Origin: Candidatus Aenigmatarchaeota archaeon
Lineage (GTDB): Archaea > Aenigmatarchaeota > Aenigmatarchaeia > JACPZZ01
DNA length: 64,000 nucleotides
NCBI GenBank assembly: GCA_016180965.1
Contig: JACPAF010000001.1
Location: 109,860 to 173,859 of the forward strand
Reading direction: 5' to 3'
The notes beneath the pieces are model-generated. The model ran no database searches. It saw nothing but the letters and a program-made list of their open reading frames with translations, and was not told where the DNA came from. Positions 9,263 to 17,883 of this stretch are shown here, one piece after another. The translations under genes were made by a program, and so were the position numbers. Position 1 is the stretch's first letter; every line of letters begins with the position of its first letter.

Positions 9263-10051
9263 TTAATCTCCCAACACGGCTTTCGCTTCTGCGATTGCTT
9301 TCTGGTAATTTTCGCCGAATATTTTGCTTAATTTCCCGGGGTCTGAATTGACGACGTCTTGGACTGTCAATACTCCGAGGTTAAAAGCCTTTTCCACGGA
9401 ATTCCCGCGCATGCTTTCTATGACTGTAACGGGGTAGAATTTTTTATCTTCGATCATATCGCCGAGCCTGTTGGCCCACCCCATCATAACGAGCTTTTTG
9501 CACTGGCCGTATCTAATCGCATGCTCGGATATTTTGGTGCTGCATACCAGCCACGCTTCCGTGAACCTGTTCTTTTCTTTCGTGTCCTCGAAAGCTGCCC
9601 ACGTCACCATTGCATCGGAAAGGCCGGCAAAAGTGTGCTGGTTCCTGTGGTGTTTGCATTCGATCATTATTTTCGCATTTCCTTTCTCCGCGATCAGGTC
9701 TATTTCATGCCGTGAACAATTTCCGCGCGCGATCTGCGCATGTTTCACATTGTAGCCGTATTCTTCCAGCAACCTTTTCATGTAAACCTCGAAAAAAATC
9801 CCGTCCGGGCTCAATTCCGCCAGCGAGGCGCGCAAATTGAATTTCATGAACGCGGATGTGTCGTGCTTTTTCATTTCCTTCAAAATAATCTTCATCAAAA
9901 CGTTTGTGGGTATTTTATCGTAGGATTTTTGCGTTACGTGTTGCAGCACGGTTTTAGATGATTCCTCACTAAGGCCGGCGCGCCTGCATGTCCGGAGTAT
10001 TTTGCCGCCTTCGAACTTTTCCAGCGAGCCGTCGGCTTTTTTAACCAACAT
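9263..10051 (-). CDS. ATP-cone domain fused to a PD-(D/E)xK (Mrr-like) nuclease domain, with a C-terminal helical DNA-binding tail
   Basis: The N-terminus MLVKKADGSLEKFEGGKILRTCRRAGLS is ATP-cone-like. The EIDLIAEKGNAKIMIECKH D...ExK motif follows. Confidence 0.65.
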   Translation of the reverse strand: MLVKKADGSLEKFEGGKILRTCRRAGLSEESSKTVLQHVTQKSYDKIPTNVLMKIILKEMKKHDTSAFMKFNLRASLAELSPDGIFFEVYMKRLLEEYGYNVKHAQIARGNCSRHEIDLIAEKGNAKIMIECKHHRNQHTFAGLSDAMVTWAAFEDTKEKNRFTEAWLVCSTKISEHAIRYGQCKKLVMMGWANRLGDMIEDKKFYPVTVIESMRGNSVEKAFNLGVLTVQDVVNSDPGKLSKIFGENYQKAIAEAKAVLGD

Positions 10052-10095
10052 AATGTTTATAATATAGGTATCACAGAGTTTTTTAATACAACGGT

Positions 10096-13000
10096 ATGTT
10101 GCCGCGGTTGACTGAATTGAATTACGATAAAATTACAATTGTGTTTGCAACGATTTTGTTAGCTTTATCGTCCTTCTCCACGGGCGTTGGCGCGTTTGGA
10201 ATCAGCTTTACTGGAAACGTAAGCGTGCCATTCAATTCAAACGCAACTGTGATCGGTTCTATTACAAACAGCACACCCGAAAATTTAACCGGCCCCAACT
10301 GGATAATAAACATATCCCTTTCCAACAACAATTTCGCACAAACAACCACATCTTACAATTCCGTCCCAGTCAATGCGACTTTCAACGTAAGCGCCAACAC
10401 CACAGGCATTTGGGGATATAATTCGTTGACATTAACCGCAACGAACGGAACTATGAAAATATCAAGGATTGCGAAATTCAGGGTCACAAACACGTCTTCC
10501 GCGACAATTGAATTTGTCGGCTTGGTTCCGCCGTTTTCGCCTGGCAGCTTCATAACCGCAAAGATAACCGCAAACAACTGGTCTTCCCAACCGCTTCAAA
10601 CTCAGAACATAAGCGGCGCGATATTCGCGTCCGACGGCCCCTCCACGTCGTGGGGTGTTAACACATCGATAACAAACTCCAACGGTGAGACGCTGATGAA
10701 TTTCTCGGTGCCGTCCAATGCAGATGCGATAAACTACATACTTGCGGCCGAGGGAGGGGCGGGATTCATATTTTTCGGCGTCAACAGGTACACACTCTCA
10801 GTTTCTACAAAGGATGGCACGGGTTCCAACAAAAATGCGTTCGCTCCCGGAAGCGCAGTAACGATTGAGTCCAAGTTAGCATACACCAACGGCACACCCG
10901 TATCCGGCTCTGCGACAAAAATAGAATTGACCGATCCCAACGGGCTGACAACAAAGTCTTCGGGCTCTTCGTACGCGGACGGAAGGTTCCAGTACAATTA
11001 TACGGCCAGCGCGTCGGGCAATTATAAAATCAGGGTCACTTCCGGCGGACAAGAAACTTCAGGAAGCTTCGCAACAAGGACGCTGGCTGCGTCAATTGTA
11101 AACAGGGAAACGGCGTCGTTCTTTAGGGAATTCGCCGGGAAGAAACTTTTCCCCCCCGGGCAGAACGTGTCATTGACAATATTGGCGACCAACGTGAGCA
11201 ACGGGGAAATAATGGCAAGCGGCCCGCTGTATAACTGCAACACAACAAGCTTCCACCTGCTGGACGTGTATTTTGCCAACAACCAGACGTCGATAAACTC
11301 CTCGGTAATCGGTAACATATCTTACACGCCCGCGATCCATACCGGAACGCCGGTGTGCGGTATTGAACTTTTGCTTGATTCAGGTAAAGTGGGAACGTTT
11401 GGAATGAAATTAAATGTAACGACTGACGACAACGCACACTCCGTGGCGCAGGGATATTTCCTAATACAAAAAAACGGATTGTCTGTTGAACCATCGTCAG
11501 AATTCGGCGAAGGCGGGTTCCAGGCTTTGTTATTGCCGGGCTCAAACACGACATTCAAATTAACCGCGTTCAACATAACCAGCGGTGAAAACATGAACGG
11601 CGGGAACATCACATATGCATGGGTGAAAAAGATAACGGTGTTGTCCATAACCGGCGGCGGGAGCAATGAGATTTCTGGCCTGGAAACCAATTTCACTTTT
11701 GTAAATTCTTCGCAATCTGATGATGGTACTCCGTACCTGTCCGGCGGGCCTGTGCCAAACATAGCCGGGCCGCAGATGATAACAGTCATGGGCACCGTGG
11801 CTGGTGAAACTAACATAACCTCTGACGCATTCTATCTCGGAAAATACCTTATGGGATTCGGACAACCGTCTGGAACAAGATTCGAAGGCGGTGAAGGCGG
11901 CGGGCACGAAGGCGGACGAGGAGGCGGGATGTCAATCGACTGTTCCGGAACTACAGAATTCAACGTAATGGTTTTCGATGCAAAAACTTTCATGCCCGCG
12001 AGCTCGGTTTCGTTTGTTTCGATATTATCCGCAAAGGATGAACTGTCGGGCTCCGATGTGACTTCATGTTTGACTGTGACAAAAGGTTTGACGGATTCGT
12101 CAGGCCAGGCAAAGATCAACGTGACATTCTCGGGCTCGTGCTCATATTCAGGCTTCCACTTCATGCTGTTCAATGTCTCATTCCAGGATAAAACAGACCA
12201 AATACCATCAGGCTTCAAATGCGAGTCCATGTCGATGACGCCGAACACATACAACAGCTTGGGCCAGCAAAGGTTTTCATTTTCGCCTGTATCAAACATG
12301 ACAGTTCTCGTGCAAAACCCTTCATACACAGCAAACTCTTCCAGGGTTGTTATGGGCGGGAACATGAGCGTCACAGCTCTGATAAACTTCAACCCTTCGA
12401 CCGGCGCGACCGTGTTAACTGCGATAAACCCCATAATCGTTAATATCTCGAATGCGAGCGGGCAAGCGAACGGCACGTTATACCTGCATCCATCATACTT
12501 CATGTCTGCTGGTAAAACGTTAACAAAATGGCCGAACGGGTTCTTTGAATTGCGCGTAAAAGTGTGTGATAATGCGACGACGGCAACGAAAGGTTATTCC
12601 GGTGTGTGCGGGACGTCGTCAGATTCCGGTTTCAAGATCGCACCGTTTGACATGTGGACAGACTGGTGGATGAACCCGAACAACCAAGCGGCTACTTACC
12701 AGCCGGGCGGATGGATAAACGGAACCGGTTTGTTCGCGGACCTGCCTCCGTTGTCATATCCGATAAATATAACGAGAATAATCGTGGAGCTTATGGATTT
12801 TGAAAGCGGTAAAAAATACAATGCCACGAGGATAGAATGGATAAACGGAACGCCTGCTTACAATGTATTGAGTAGCATAGAAAATTTGACTTTCAATTTT
12901 TCAATACCTTCGTCATTAAAATCGGGCGATTACGGAGGTATAATTACTGCGACAAACGGCGGGGGCGCTGATTTTAACGGAACGGAAACGAGCGAGGATT

Positions 13001-14859
13001 TCATTTTCCTTAGCGTAAAAGGGTTAACTGTGGGGATGGCTCCGATAGAGCAATGGTCGTCGCCGTCTGGCCATTGCGCGCCCGCGCTGTTCTACCACCA
13101 GAACTGGCTCACGGGAATGCACGAACAAATGGGAACCACGGATGGATGGTCGCTTAATAACTGGACATTCATCAACAGCACATACCTCGGCATAACAAAC
13201 GCGCAGGCGGGCTTTTCCACACTGGTTTGCACCGGCCCCACGCTTGACACAGTTAACGGTTTCAACCAACCCGCTACCAACTATACCAATTTCAGCGTCA
13301 TGGTTGTAGCTAACAACACAAACTCGTTTGTGTTTTTGGGGAACAGAACCTTGGATCCGCGAGTCAGGAATGTTACGGAAATAACGCGCGTCCTGGCGAC
13401 CAATAAAATCGATTCGCGAGACGGTTTCAAAACATACCTATGGACAATAGACGGCGCGCCGTTCATACGGCTCATTAACGTGACAAGACTGTCGACCAGC
13501 GGTTCCGGCGGGCAGGGAACTGTGAGCACGAACTTCGCATTTGGCGGAAGCCACAGAATACGCGAAATGATATGGCTGCCCATGGTCGCGTTCCGGGGAA
13601 GCGATAGCCAAACCACCACATCCACACGACTAACAAACTTTTGGTTCAACATAACAGAAGTTGCGGAGATGAACACCGAGGGGTTCGGTATAAAATCCAA
13701 ATTGCCGGCGAGCCCGTTCGATTTTGCAATAAACTCGAGCGGAGGCAACTGGACGGATTTCACAGGAAATTTGACAAACTCTGATGGATTGGCATTCATC
13801 CCGCTTAACATAACCAAGAACGGAAGGTTCATGGCTTTCTGGCGCGTAAACTCTACGCCGGTTGAAAAATCCACGTTCAAAAATTCCATAAATCTGAATG
13901 TACGTTCATTCAACACCCAGACAAGCTTCGTCCAATTGCTGCCGAACACCTCCAAAAAGATCGTGTTGAAATCCAATGTTACAACGTTAAATGCAACTGT
14001 CGGCGGAAACGCCACGTCGGGTTTCACGGGCTCATATTCTCCTGTGCTATTCTTCAACGGGTCGTTCACGGAAACTGCGACGGACCAGCTGGTGAGAGAC
14101 GGAGTTTTATCAACTTTCTATTTTGTCGTTACAAACGCAACAACTCACGACCTGACGACTGCGAGCCCGGTCAATTACACGCGCGGCAATTTGACAATAT
14201 TGTATATGGATGACGATAACAAATTTTCGAATAGCGGCGCATGCTCCGCGAGCGCCGGCGCAAGAAGCGGATCGACAGATGAATTATCGTCCGGATGCGG
14301 AACCGGGTCTTCGGGCGTCGCGTTCAATTATCCGACCATGTCCATGGCAGCTTCAGACCCGAACAAGGCGCTAAGTTTCGGTTCCATGGTAACACTTGGC
14401 TTGACGGACTGGTGGATAAACGACACGCATGCCATACTGAATTTCTACGAGTCGTCTCCTTCGATACCGTGGGCCACAGTTTCATCATCAACGGAAAAGC
14501 ACGGCGTAAGGGTGTGTGCGTCGACATTCTCGAACCAGGCGAAGAACTCGACATTCGCTCTGAAGTATAACAACTGGATGCAGGGCAAATTAGCTTCAAC
14601 ACAAACTGCAAACGTGACCGTTTACAACCTTACCCATGAGGGTTCGATAAACCTGCCAACCGAAATGTCCGCATCTATTTACGACGGCTGCCTGCTGGCT
14701 GAAATTTTGCCGCAGAGCGGTTCGTGGTCCGCGGGAAGGAATGAGATTGTCGGCACCGCGACAGAGATAAACAATTCGGGCGCATCAACGGGCGTGCAGG
14801 AAGAAATGTTCGGGGGTCCGATAGAATTCCTGAGCGGCGGAAGCAAAAATTTCGGGTGA
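10096..14859 (+). CDS. Giant secreted surface protein (1587 aa), N-glycosylation-sequon rich
   Basis: N-terminal hydrophobic signal/anchor. I counted at least 14 N-x-S/T sequons in the first ~215 residues. Composition is Thr/Ser/Asn/Gly-rich and beta-rich. There is no C-terminal TM segment. Confidence 0.85.
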   Translation: MLPRLTELNYDKITIVFATILLALSSFSTGVGAFGISFTGNVSVPFNSNATVIGSITNSTPENLTGPNWIINISLSNNNFAQTTTSYNSVPVNATFNVSANTTGIWGYNSLTLTATNGTMKISRIAKFRVTNTSSATIEFVGLVPPFSPGSFITAKITANNWSSQPLQTQNISGAIFASDGPSTSWGVNTSITNSNGETLMNFSVPSNADAINYILAAEGGAGFIFFGVNRYTLSVSTKDGTGSNKNAFAPGSAVTIESKLAYTNGTPVSGSATKIELTDPNGLTTKSSGSSYADGRFQYNYTASASGNYKIRVTSGGQETSGSFATRTLAASIVNRETASFFREFAGKKLFPPGQNVSLTILATNVSNGEIMASGPLYNCNTTSFHLLDVYFANNQTSINSSVIGNISYTPAIHTGTPVCGIELLLDSGKVGTFGMKLNVTTDDNAHSVAQGYFLIQKNGLSVEPSSEFGEGGFQALLLPGSNTTFKLTAFNITSGENMNGGNITYAWVKKITVLSITGGGSNEISGLETNFTFVNSSQSDDGTPYLSGGPVPNIAGPQMITVMGTVAGETNITSDAFYLGKYLMGFGQPSGTRFEGGEGGGHEGGRGGGMSIDCSGTTEFNVMVFDAKTFMPASSVSFVSILSAKDELSGSDVTSCLTVTKGLTDSSGQAKINVTFSGSCSYSGFHFMLFNVSFQDKTDQIPSGFKCESMSMTPNTYNSLGQQRFSFSPVSNMTVLVQNPSYTANSSRVVMGGNMSVTALINFNPSTGATVLTAINPIIVNISNASGQANGTLYLHPSYFMSAGKTLTKWPNGFFELRVKVCDNATTATKGYSGVCGTSSDSGFKIAPFDMWTDWWMNPNNQAATYQPGGWINGTGLFADLPPLSYPINITRIIVELMDFESGKKYNATRIEWINGTPAYNVLSSIENLTFNFSIPSSLKSGDYGGIITATNGGGADFNGTETSEDFIFLSVKGLTVGMAPIEQWSSPSGHCAPALFYHQNWLTGMHEQMGTTDGWSLNNWTFINSTYLGITNAQAGFSTLVCTGPTLDTVNGFNQPATNYTNFSVMVVANNTNSFVFLGNRTLDPRVRNVTEITRVLATNKIDSRDGFKTYLWTIDGAPFIRLINVTRLSTSGSGGQGTVSTNFAFGGSHRIREMIWLPMVAFRGSDSQTTTSTRLTNFWFNITEVAEMNTEGFGIKSKLPASPFDFAINSSGGNWTDFTGNLTNSDGLAFIPLNITKNGRFMAFWRVNSTPVEKSTFKNSINLNVRSFNTQTSFVQLLPNTSKKIVLKSNVTTLNATVGGNATSGFTGSYSPVLFFNGSFTETATDQLVRDGVLSTFYFVVTNATTHDLTTASPVNYTRGNLTILYMDDDNKFSNSGACSASAGARSGSTDELSSGCGTGSSGVAFNYPTMSMAASDPNKALSFGSMVTLGLTDWWINDTHAILNFYESSPSIPWATVSSSTEKHGVRVCASTFSNQAKNSTFALKYNNWMQGKLASTQTANVTVYNLTHEGSINLPTEMSASIYDGCLLAEILPQSGSWSAGRNEIVGTATEINNSGASTGVQEEMFGGPIEFLSGGSKNFG

Positions 14860-14865
14860 TCATGA

Positions 14866-16368
14866 ATGGCCAAGATTTTAAATTTTGCACTTTCGTGGGC
14901 GTTGTCGTTAGCCGTCCTGTCCGCCGGTGCGACGGCTGCCGTAACTGTCAACGACCTGATTTTTGACACAACGACCGCGGACGCCGGAACCACAAGAACT
15001 GTCAGCGTCACCATGTCAACGGATTCCGGATCTGCAACGATAAATTCATTCTCAATAAGTTCGTCGCCTTCCGGGCTCACCGTAAGCAGTGTGGATACCC
15101 CGTTCACTGTAGGCACATCAGGCACAAGCAAAACTTTCACGATCAGTTCGTCCACATCAGAAACTTACACGTTTAGTGTTACTGCAATAGATTCAAACGG
15201 CGCGAGTTCAAGCAGTAATTCTGCCACAGTAGAATATGTCACCCCATCAAGCCTTACGATGGACGTTTTGGAAAATCCTCTCTCAACGGTTTACGAGGGA
15301 AACAACACCGGAATTTCCATAAATGTGATCAACAACCTGGGGTCTTCGCAAACCAGGAATTTAACATTGTATCAAAACCTTTCAAACACTTTTGTTGTAA
15401 ACACGTCGCTGGGAAGCGACCCGGCCACACAAACCCTTTCATTATCATCGGGGCAAACACGCTCGGTCGTGTGGAATATAACCATAGGGTCGTTCACAGG
15501 AACCGGCCACTCCTTGGTCAGGCTTGGCGACACCACAGAAGCGAAAGTTTTCACATTGACAAAAGGAACTACAACCACGGTCTCAACAGCAACAACTACG
15601 ACGGCCGGCGGAGTAGGCGGCAGCGGAGCAACGACTACAACAACGACCACAACTACGACAACAATCTCCGGGCAGCCGGGGCATGAAATACAAAATATCG
15701 TGAGAGAAATTATTCAAAGAAACAACGAAGAAATAAAATCCCTGATTGACAGCAAAGAAGAGCTCCAGACCGGGCTAAGAATCGCATTAGGAAAAGAGCT
15801 GTCAGCAGAAATAAAAGCGGCTGTATCCGCGACCACGGAAAAAATACAGAAAAATGTGGCTTCCAATAGAAGCATAGACATAGATACCGTGAATTCAAGA
15901 TCCAGCGTTTCCCTTAAAATAAAGTACAACGGAACGGAACAGGTGAACAACTTTTTAGTAAAGGATGTTATACCAAAATCGTTTGCTGATTCATCTTCAA
16001 AAATAACTGTAAGCGCGCCAGGCGCCGTTGTAAATGTGACCAAGGCGGATCCCGAATACATATTCACGTATAAAAACATAACTCCCGGTGAAGAGAAGAC
16101 GATAAGCTACAGCGTCAATGAGAGGGCGTTCACGGTCTCAGGCGAATACTCGGCTCCTGTAATACTTGCGGAATCGACGCAGGTTTATGTGCCGCCGACA
16201 ACGCAGACAAACCAAACTACCACAACACTGTCGGCTGCGGAAAAAATTAACCTTACGTTCGTCCTGGCTGTTGTTTTGATACTGGGCGGAATCGTATGGT
16301 ATTATTACCAAAATCATGGGAAGAAACAGCCGTGGCAATCTACGATAAAATCCCCACAGTTAAAGTGA
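14866..16368 (+). CDS. Surface protein with signal peptide, poly-Thr linker and C-terminal membrane anchor
   Basis: Starts 6 nt after the giant ORF. Signal ALSLAVLSAGATAA, 11 consecutive Thr codons, a C-terminal TM segment (LTFVLAVVLILGGIVWYYY) and a basic tail. Confidence 0.85.
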   Translation: MAKILNFALSWALSLAVLSAGATAAVTVNDLIFDTTTADAGTTRTVSVTMSTDSGSATINSFSISSSPSGLTVSSVDTPFTVGTSGTSKTFTISSSTSETYTFSVTAIDSNGASSSSNSATVEYVTPSSLTMDVLENPLSTVYEGNNTGISINVINNLGSSQTRNLTLYQNLSNTFVVNTSLGSDPATQTLSLSSGQTRSVVWNITIGSFTGTGHSLVRLGDTTEAKVFTLTKGTTTTVSTATTTTAGGVGGSGATTTTTTTTTTTISGQPGHEIQNIVREIIQRNNEEIKSLIDSKEELQTGLRIALGKELSAEIKAAVSATTEKIQKNVASNRSIDIDTVNSRSSVSLKIKYNGTEQVNNFLVKDVIPKSFADSSSKITVSAPGAVVNVTKADPEYIFTYKNITPGEEKTISYSVNERAFTVSGEYSAPVILAESTQVYVPPTTQTNQTTTTLSAAEKINLTFVLAVVLILGGIVWYYYQNHGKKQPWQSTIKSPQLK

Positions 16369-16586
16369 TTTCTTCACCGTCTGCTGTTTAAAATGGCTTG
16401 GAAGCAGTGTTCTGGTAACTTTCCAGTTCGATGTGCAATAAGTGTCCGAAACGGCAACGACTTTAAAACCAAAAGTGATGGCTTTCTGGTTTTCAGGAAC
16501 GACGAGCCGCAACTTTAAAATTTTCATGAAAAAAGACTGTATAAAAAGGTTTGCATACGAAATAGGAATGATCCGGTCAGTAATTA

Positions 16587-16607
16587 GACACATACAATGT
16601 ATGTGTC
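16587..16607. repeat. Perfect hairpin GACACATAC-AAT-GTATGTGTC
   Basis: 9-bp arms read directly. Same CATAC/GTATG flavour as the repeat family below. Confidence 0.7.
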
Positions 16608-16618
16608 AGTGAGGATCA

Positions 16619-16650
16619 GAAGCATACCGATAGACCATACGGTATGCTTC
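16619..16650. repeat. Palindromic repeat copy A (GAAGCATACCG-N10-CGGTATGCTTC)
   Basis: Perfect 11-bp arms with a 10-nt spacer (ATAGACCATA). It ends 9 nt upstream of the tRNA. Confidence 0.85.
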
Positions 16651-16659
16651 AGTCGAAAT

Positions 16660-16755
16660 AGCCCCGTAGTGCAGCGGCCAAAGTGATTTTGTAATCACGG
16701 CAAAGCACATCAGGCTCTGGACCTGGGGACGGCGGTTCGAATCCGCCCGGGGCTA
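16660..16755 (+). tRNA. tRNA-Gln: tRNA-Gln (anticodon CUG at 16717-16719) with a ~23-nt insertion/intron in the D-loop
   Basis: Acceptor stem AGCCCCG/CGGGGCU plus discriminator A. D-stem GUGC/GCAC. Anticodon stem UCAGG/CCUGG with loop CUCUGGA. T-arm GGCGG-UUCGAAU-CCGCC. There is an extra 16682-16704 segment containing the hairpin GUGAUU-UUGU-AAUCAC. No CCA is encoded. Confidence 0.85.
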
Positions 16756-16762
16756 TTAAAAA

Positions 16763-16825
16763 CTAGAAACATACCGTATACTGTATCGGTATGTTTCAGT
16801 TTCCTCAATGCTTCTAGCTTTCCGG
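16763..16825. repeat. Palindromic repeat copy B plus conserved 3' flank (63 nt)
   Basis: CTAGAAACATACCG-TATACTGTAT-CGGTATGTTTC-AGTTTCCTCAATGCTTCTAGCTTTCCGG starts 8 nt after the tRNA. More unit copies (GGTATGCTTCGGTTT, CTGTTTCGGTTTCCTC) follow to ~16868. Confidence 0.85.
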
Positions 16826-16867
16826 TATGCTTCGGTTTACTATGCGTCTGTTTCGGTTTCCTCAAAC

Positions 16868-16878
16868 GCTTATTAATT
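16868..16878 (+). promoter_or_regulatory. Candidate TATA/BRE element GCTTATTAATT upstream of pyrH
   Basis: AT-rich 11-mer ending 17 nt before the ATG at 16896. The identical 11-mer recurs at 17601-17611. Confidence 0.4.
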
Positions 16879-16895
16879 CCAAACCACTATAAAAA

Positions 16896-17591
16896 ATGAT
16901 CCTGATGCCCAAGAAGAAAGTTATAATAAAACTGGGCGGTTCTTTTTTGTTTCACAACGGGCCCAACACGAAATATCTGAAGGACATTTCCGATATGGTC
17001 CAAAGGCTTTCTGATAAATATCAATTTACTGTAATTATCGGGGCGGGTGAGACTGCAAAAAATTACATAGAGGCCGCGCGCACGATGGGAGCGAATGAAT
17101 CTTACTTCGATTTAATCGGAATTGACGTGTCGCGATTGAATGCGCGCCTTTTCATAGCCGCTATTGGAGATTTGGCCTACAGGGAACCGTGCAAAAACTT
17201 CGAAGAGATAACCGCGGCCGAAGCGACTGGAAAAGTTGTGGTGGTTGGCGGGCTCGTTCCGGGCCAGTCAACTGACGCCGTTTCAGCAGAGATCGCGGAA
17301 TATCTCGACGTGTCGCGGTTGGTTATAGCGAAGGATGTTGATTTTATTTATTCCGACGATCCGGATAAAAATCCGAACGCTGTGAAATACGAAAAATTGA
17401 GCAAGGACGAGCTTGTCGATATCATATCAAAAACTAAAATGCGGGCGAAACAGTATTCTGTTATAGATCTGGTCGCTTCGATGATAATACACCGCGCACG
17501 CTTTTCCACTGTTATTGTTAACGGCGCTGATGTGAAAAACTTGGAAAAGGCGATTGTCGGCGATTCGTTCAAAGGGACGAGGATAGTATAG
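16896..17591 (+). CDS. pyrH: Uridylate (UMP) kinase, archaeal type
   Basis: Amino-acid-kinase fold motifs KVIIKLGGSFLF, VIIGAGETAKNY, VVVVGGLVPGQSTDAVSA. Confidence 0.85.
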   Translation: MILMPKKKVIIKLGGSFLFHNGPNTKYLKDISDMVQRLSDKYQFTVIIGAGETAKNYIEAARTMGANESYFDLIGIDVSRLNARLFIAAIGDLAYREPCKNFEEITAAEATGKVVVVGGLVPGQSTDAVSAEIAEYLDVSRLVIAKDVDFIYSDDPDKNPNAVKYEKLSKDELVDIISKTKMRAKQYSVIDLVASMIIHRARFSTVIVNGADVKNLEKAIVGDSFKGTRIV

Positions 17592-17600
17592 TGTCGAAAG

Positions 17601-17611
17601 GCTTATTAATT
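17601..17611 (+). promoter_or_regulatory. Candidate TATA/BRE element GCTTATTAATT upstream of the small Cys-Gly peptide ORF
   Basis: Same 11-mer as upstream of pyrH. It ends 28 nt before the ATG at 17640. Confidence 0.35.
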
Positions 17612-17639
17612 GTTCCCTACAACTAAGTTCAGTGATTTT

Positions 17640-17717
17640 ATGGCTGTTAAGAGGAATGTAGCGAAGAAGGTTATGGAAAAGAAGAGCGGCTGCTGCGGAT
17701 GCGGCTGTGGTTGTTGA
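17640..17717 (+). CDS. 25-aa peptide with a Cys-Gly tail (MAVKRNVAKKVMEKKSGCCGCGCGC)
   Basis: Hand-translated. A promoter-like 11-mer lies upstream and a hairpin repeat starts 4 nt after the TGA. No homolog recognised. Confidence 0.3.
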   Translation: MAVKRNVAKKVMEKKSGCCGCGCGC

Positions 17718-17720
17718 TTA

Positions 17721-17793
17721 GAAACATACCGTATATTGTATCGGTATGCTTCGGGTTAACTAGAAACATGTACTATTGGTATGCGCATGTTTC
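17721..17793. repeat. Palindromic repeat copies C1/C2
   Basis: GAAACATACCG-TATATTGTAT-CGGTATGCTTC (17721-17752), then GAAACATG...CATGTTTC (17763-17793). Confidence 0.8.
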
Positions 17794-17883
17794 AGTCTGG
17801 TGCGGGGGTGTAAATGATGATTGACGGTGGGCGCGGCGGTTGCGGTTGTTAAATTTTTAATACAAGCATGACCAAACAATAGT

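Noticed and set aside
16360-16593. 77-aa minus-strand ORF between the surface-protein gene and the tRNA
   Set aside because: Its start lies inside the GACACATAC hairpin and it overlaps the end of the convergent gene. It has no motif or promoter-like element. It cannot be excluded, but it is unsupported.
16587-17800. The hairpin repeats as a CRISPR array
   Set aside because: There is no regular repeat-spacer periodicity. The copies are inverted repeats in mixed orientation, only a handful are present, and no cas genes are in the window.
17814-17852. The 12-codon ORF MMIDGGRGGCGC as an independent gene feature
   Set aside because: It is too short, lacks the promoter-like 11-mer, and may be a decayed partial duplicate of the 25-aa ORF. 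It is mentioned only within the finding.
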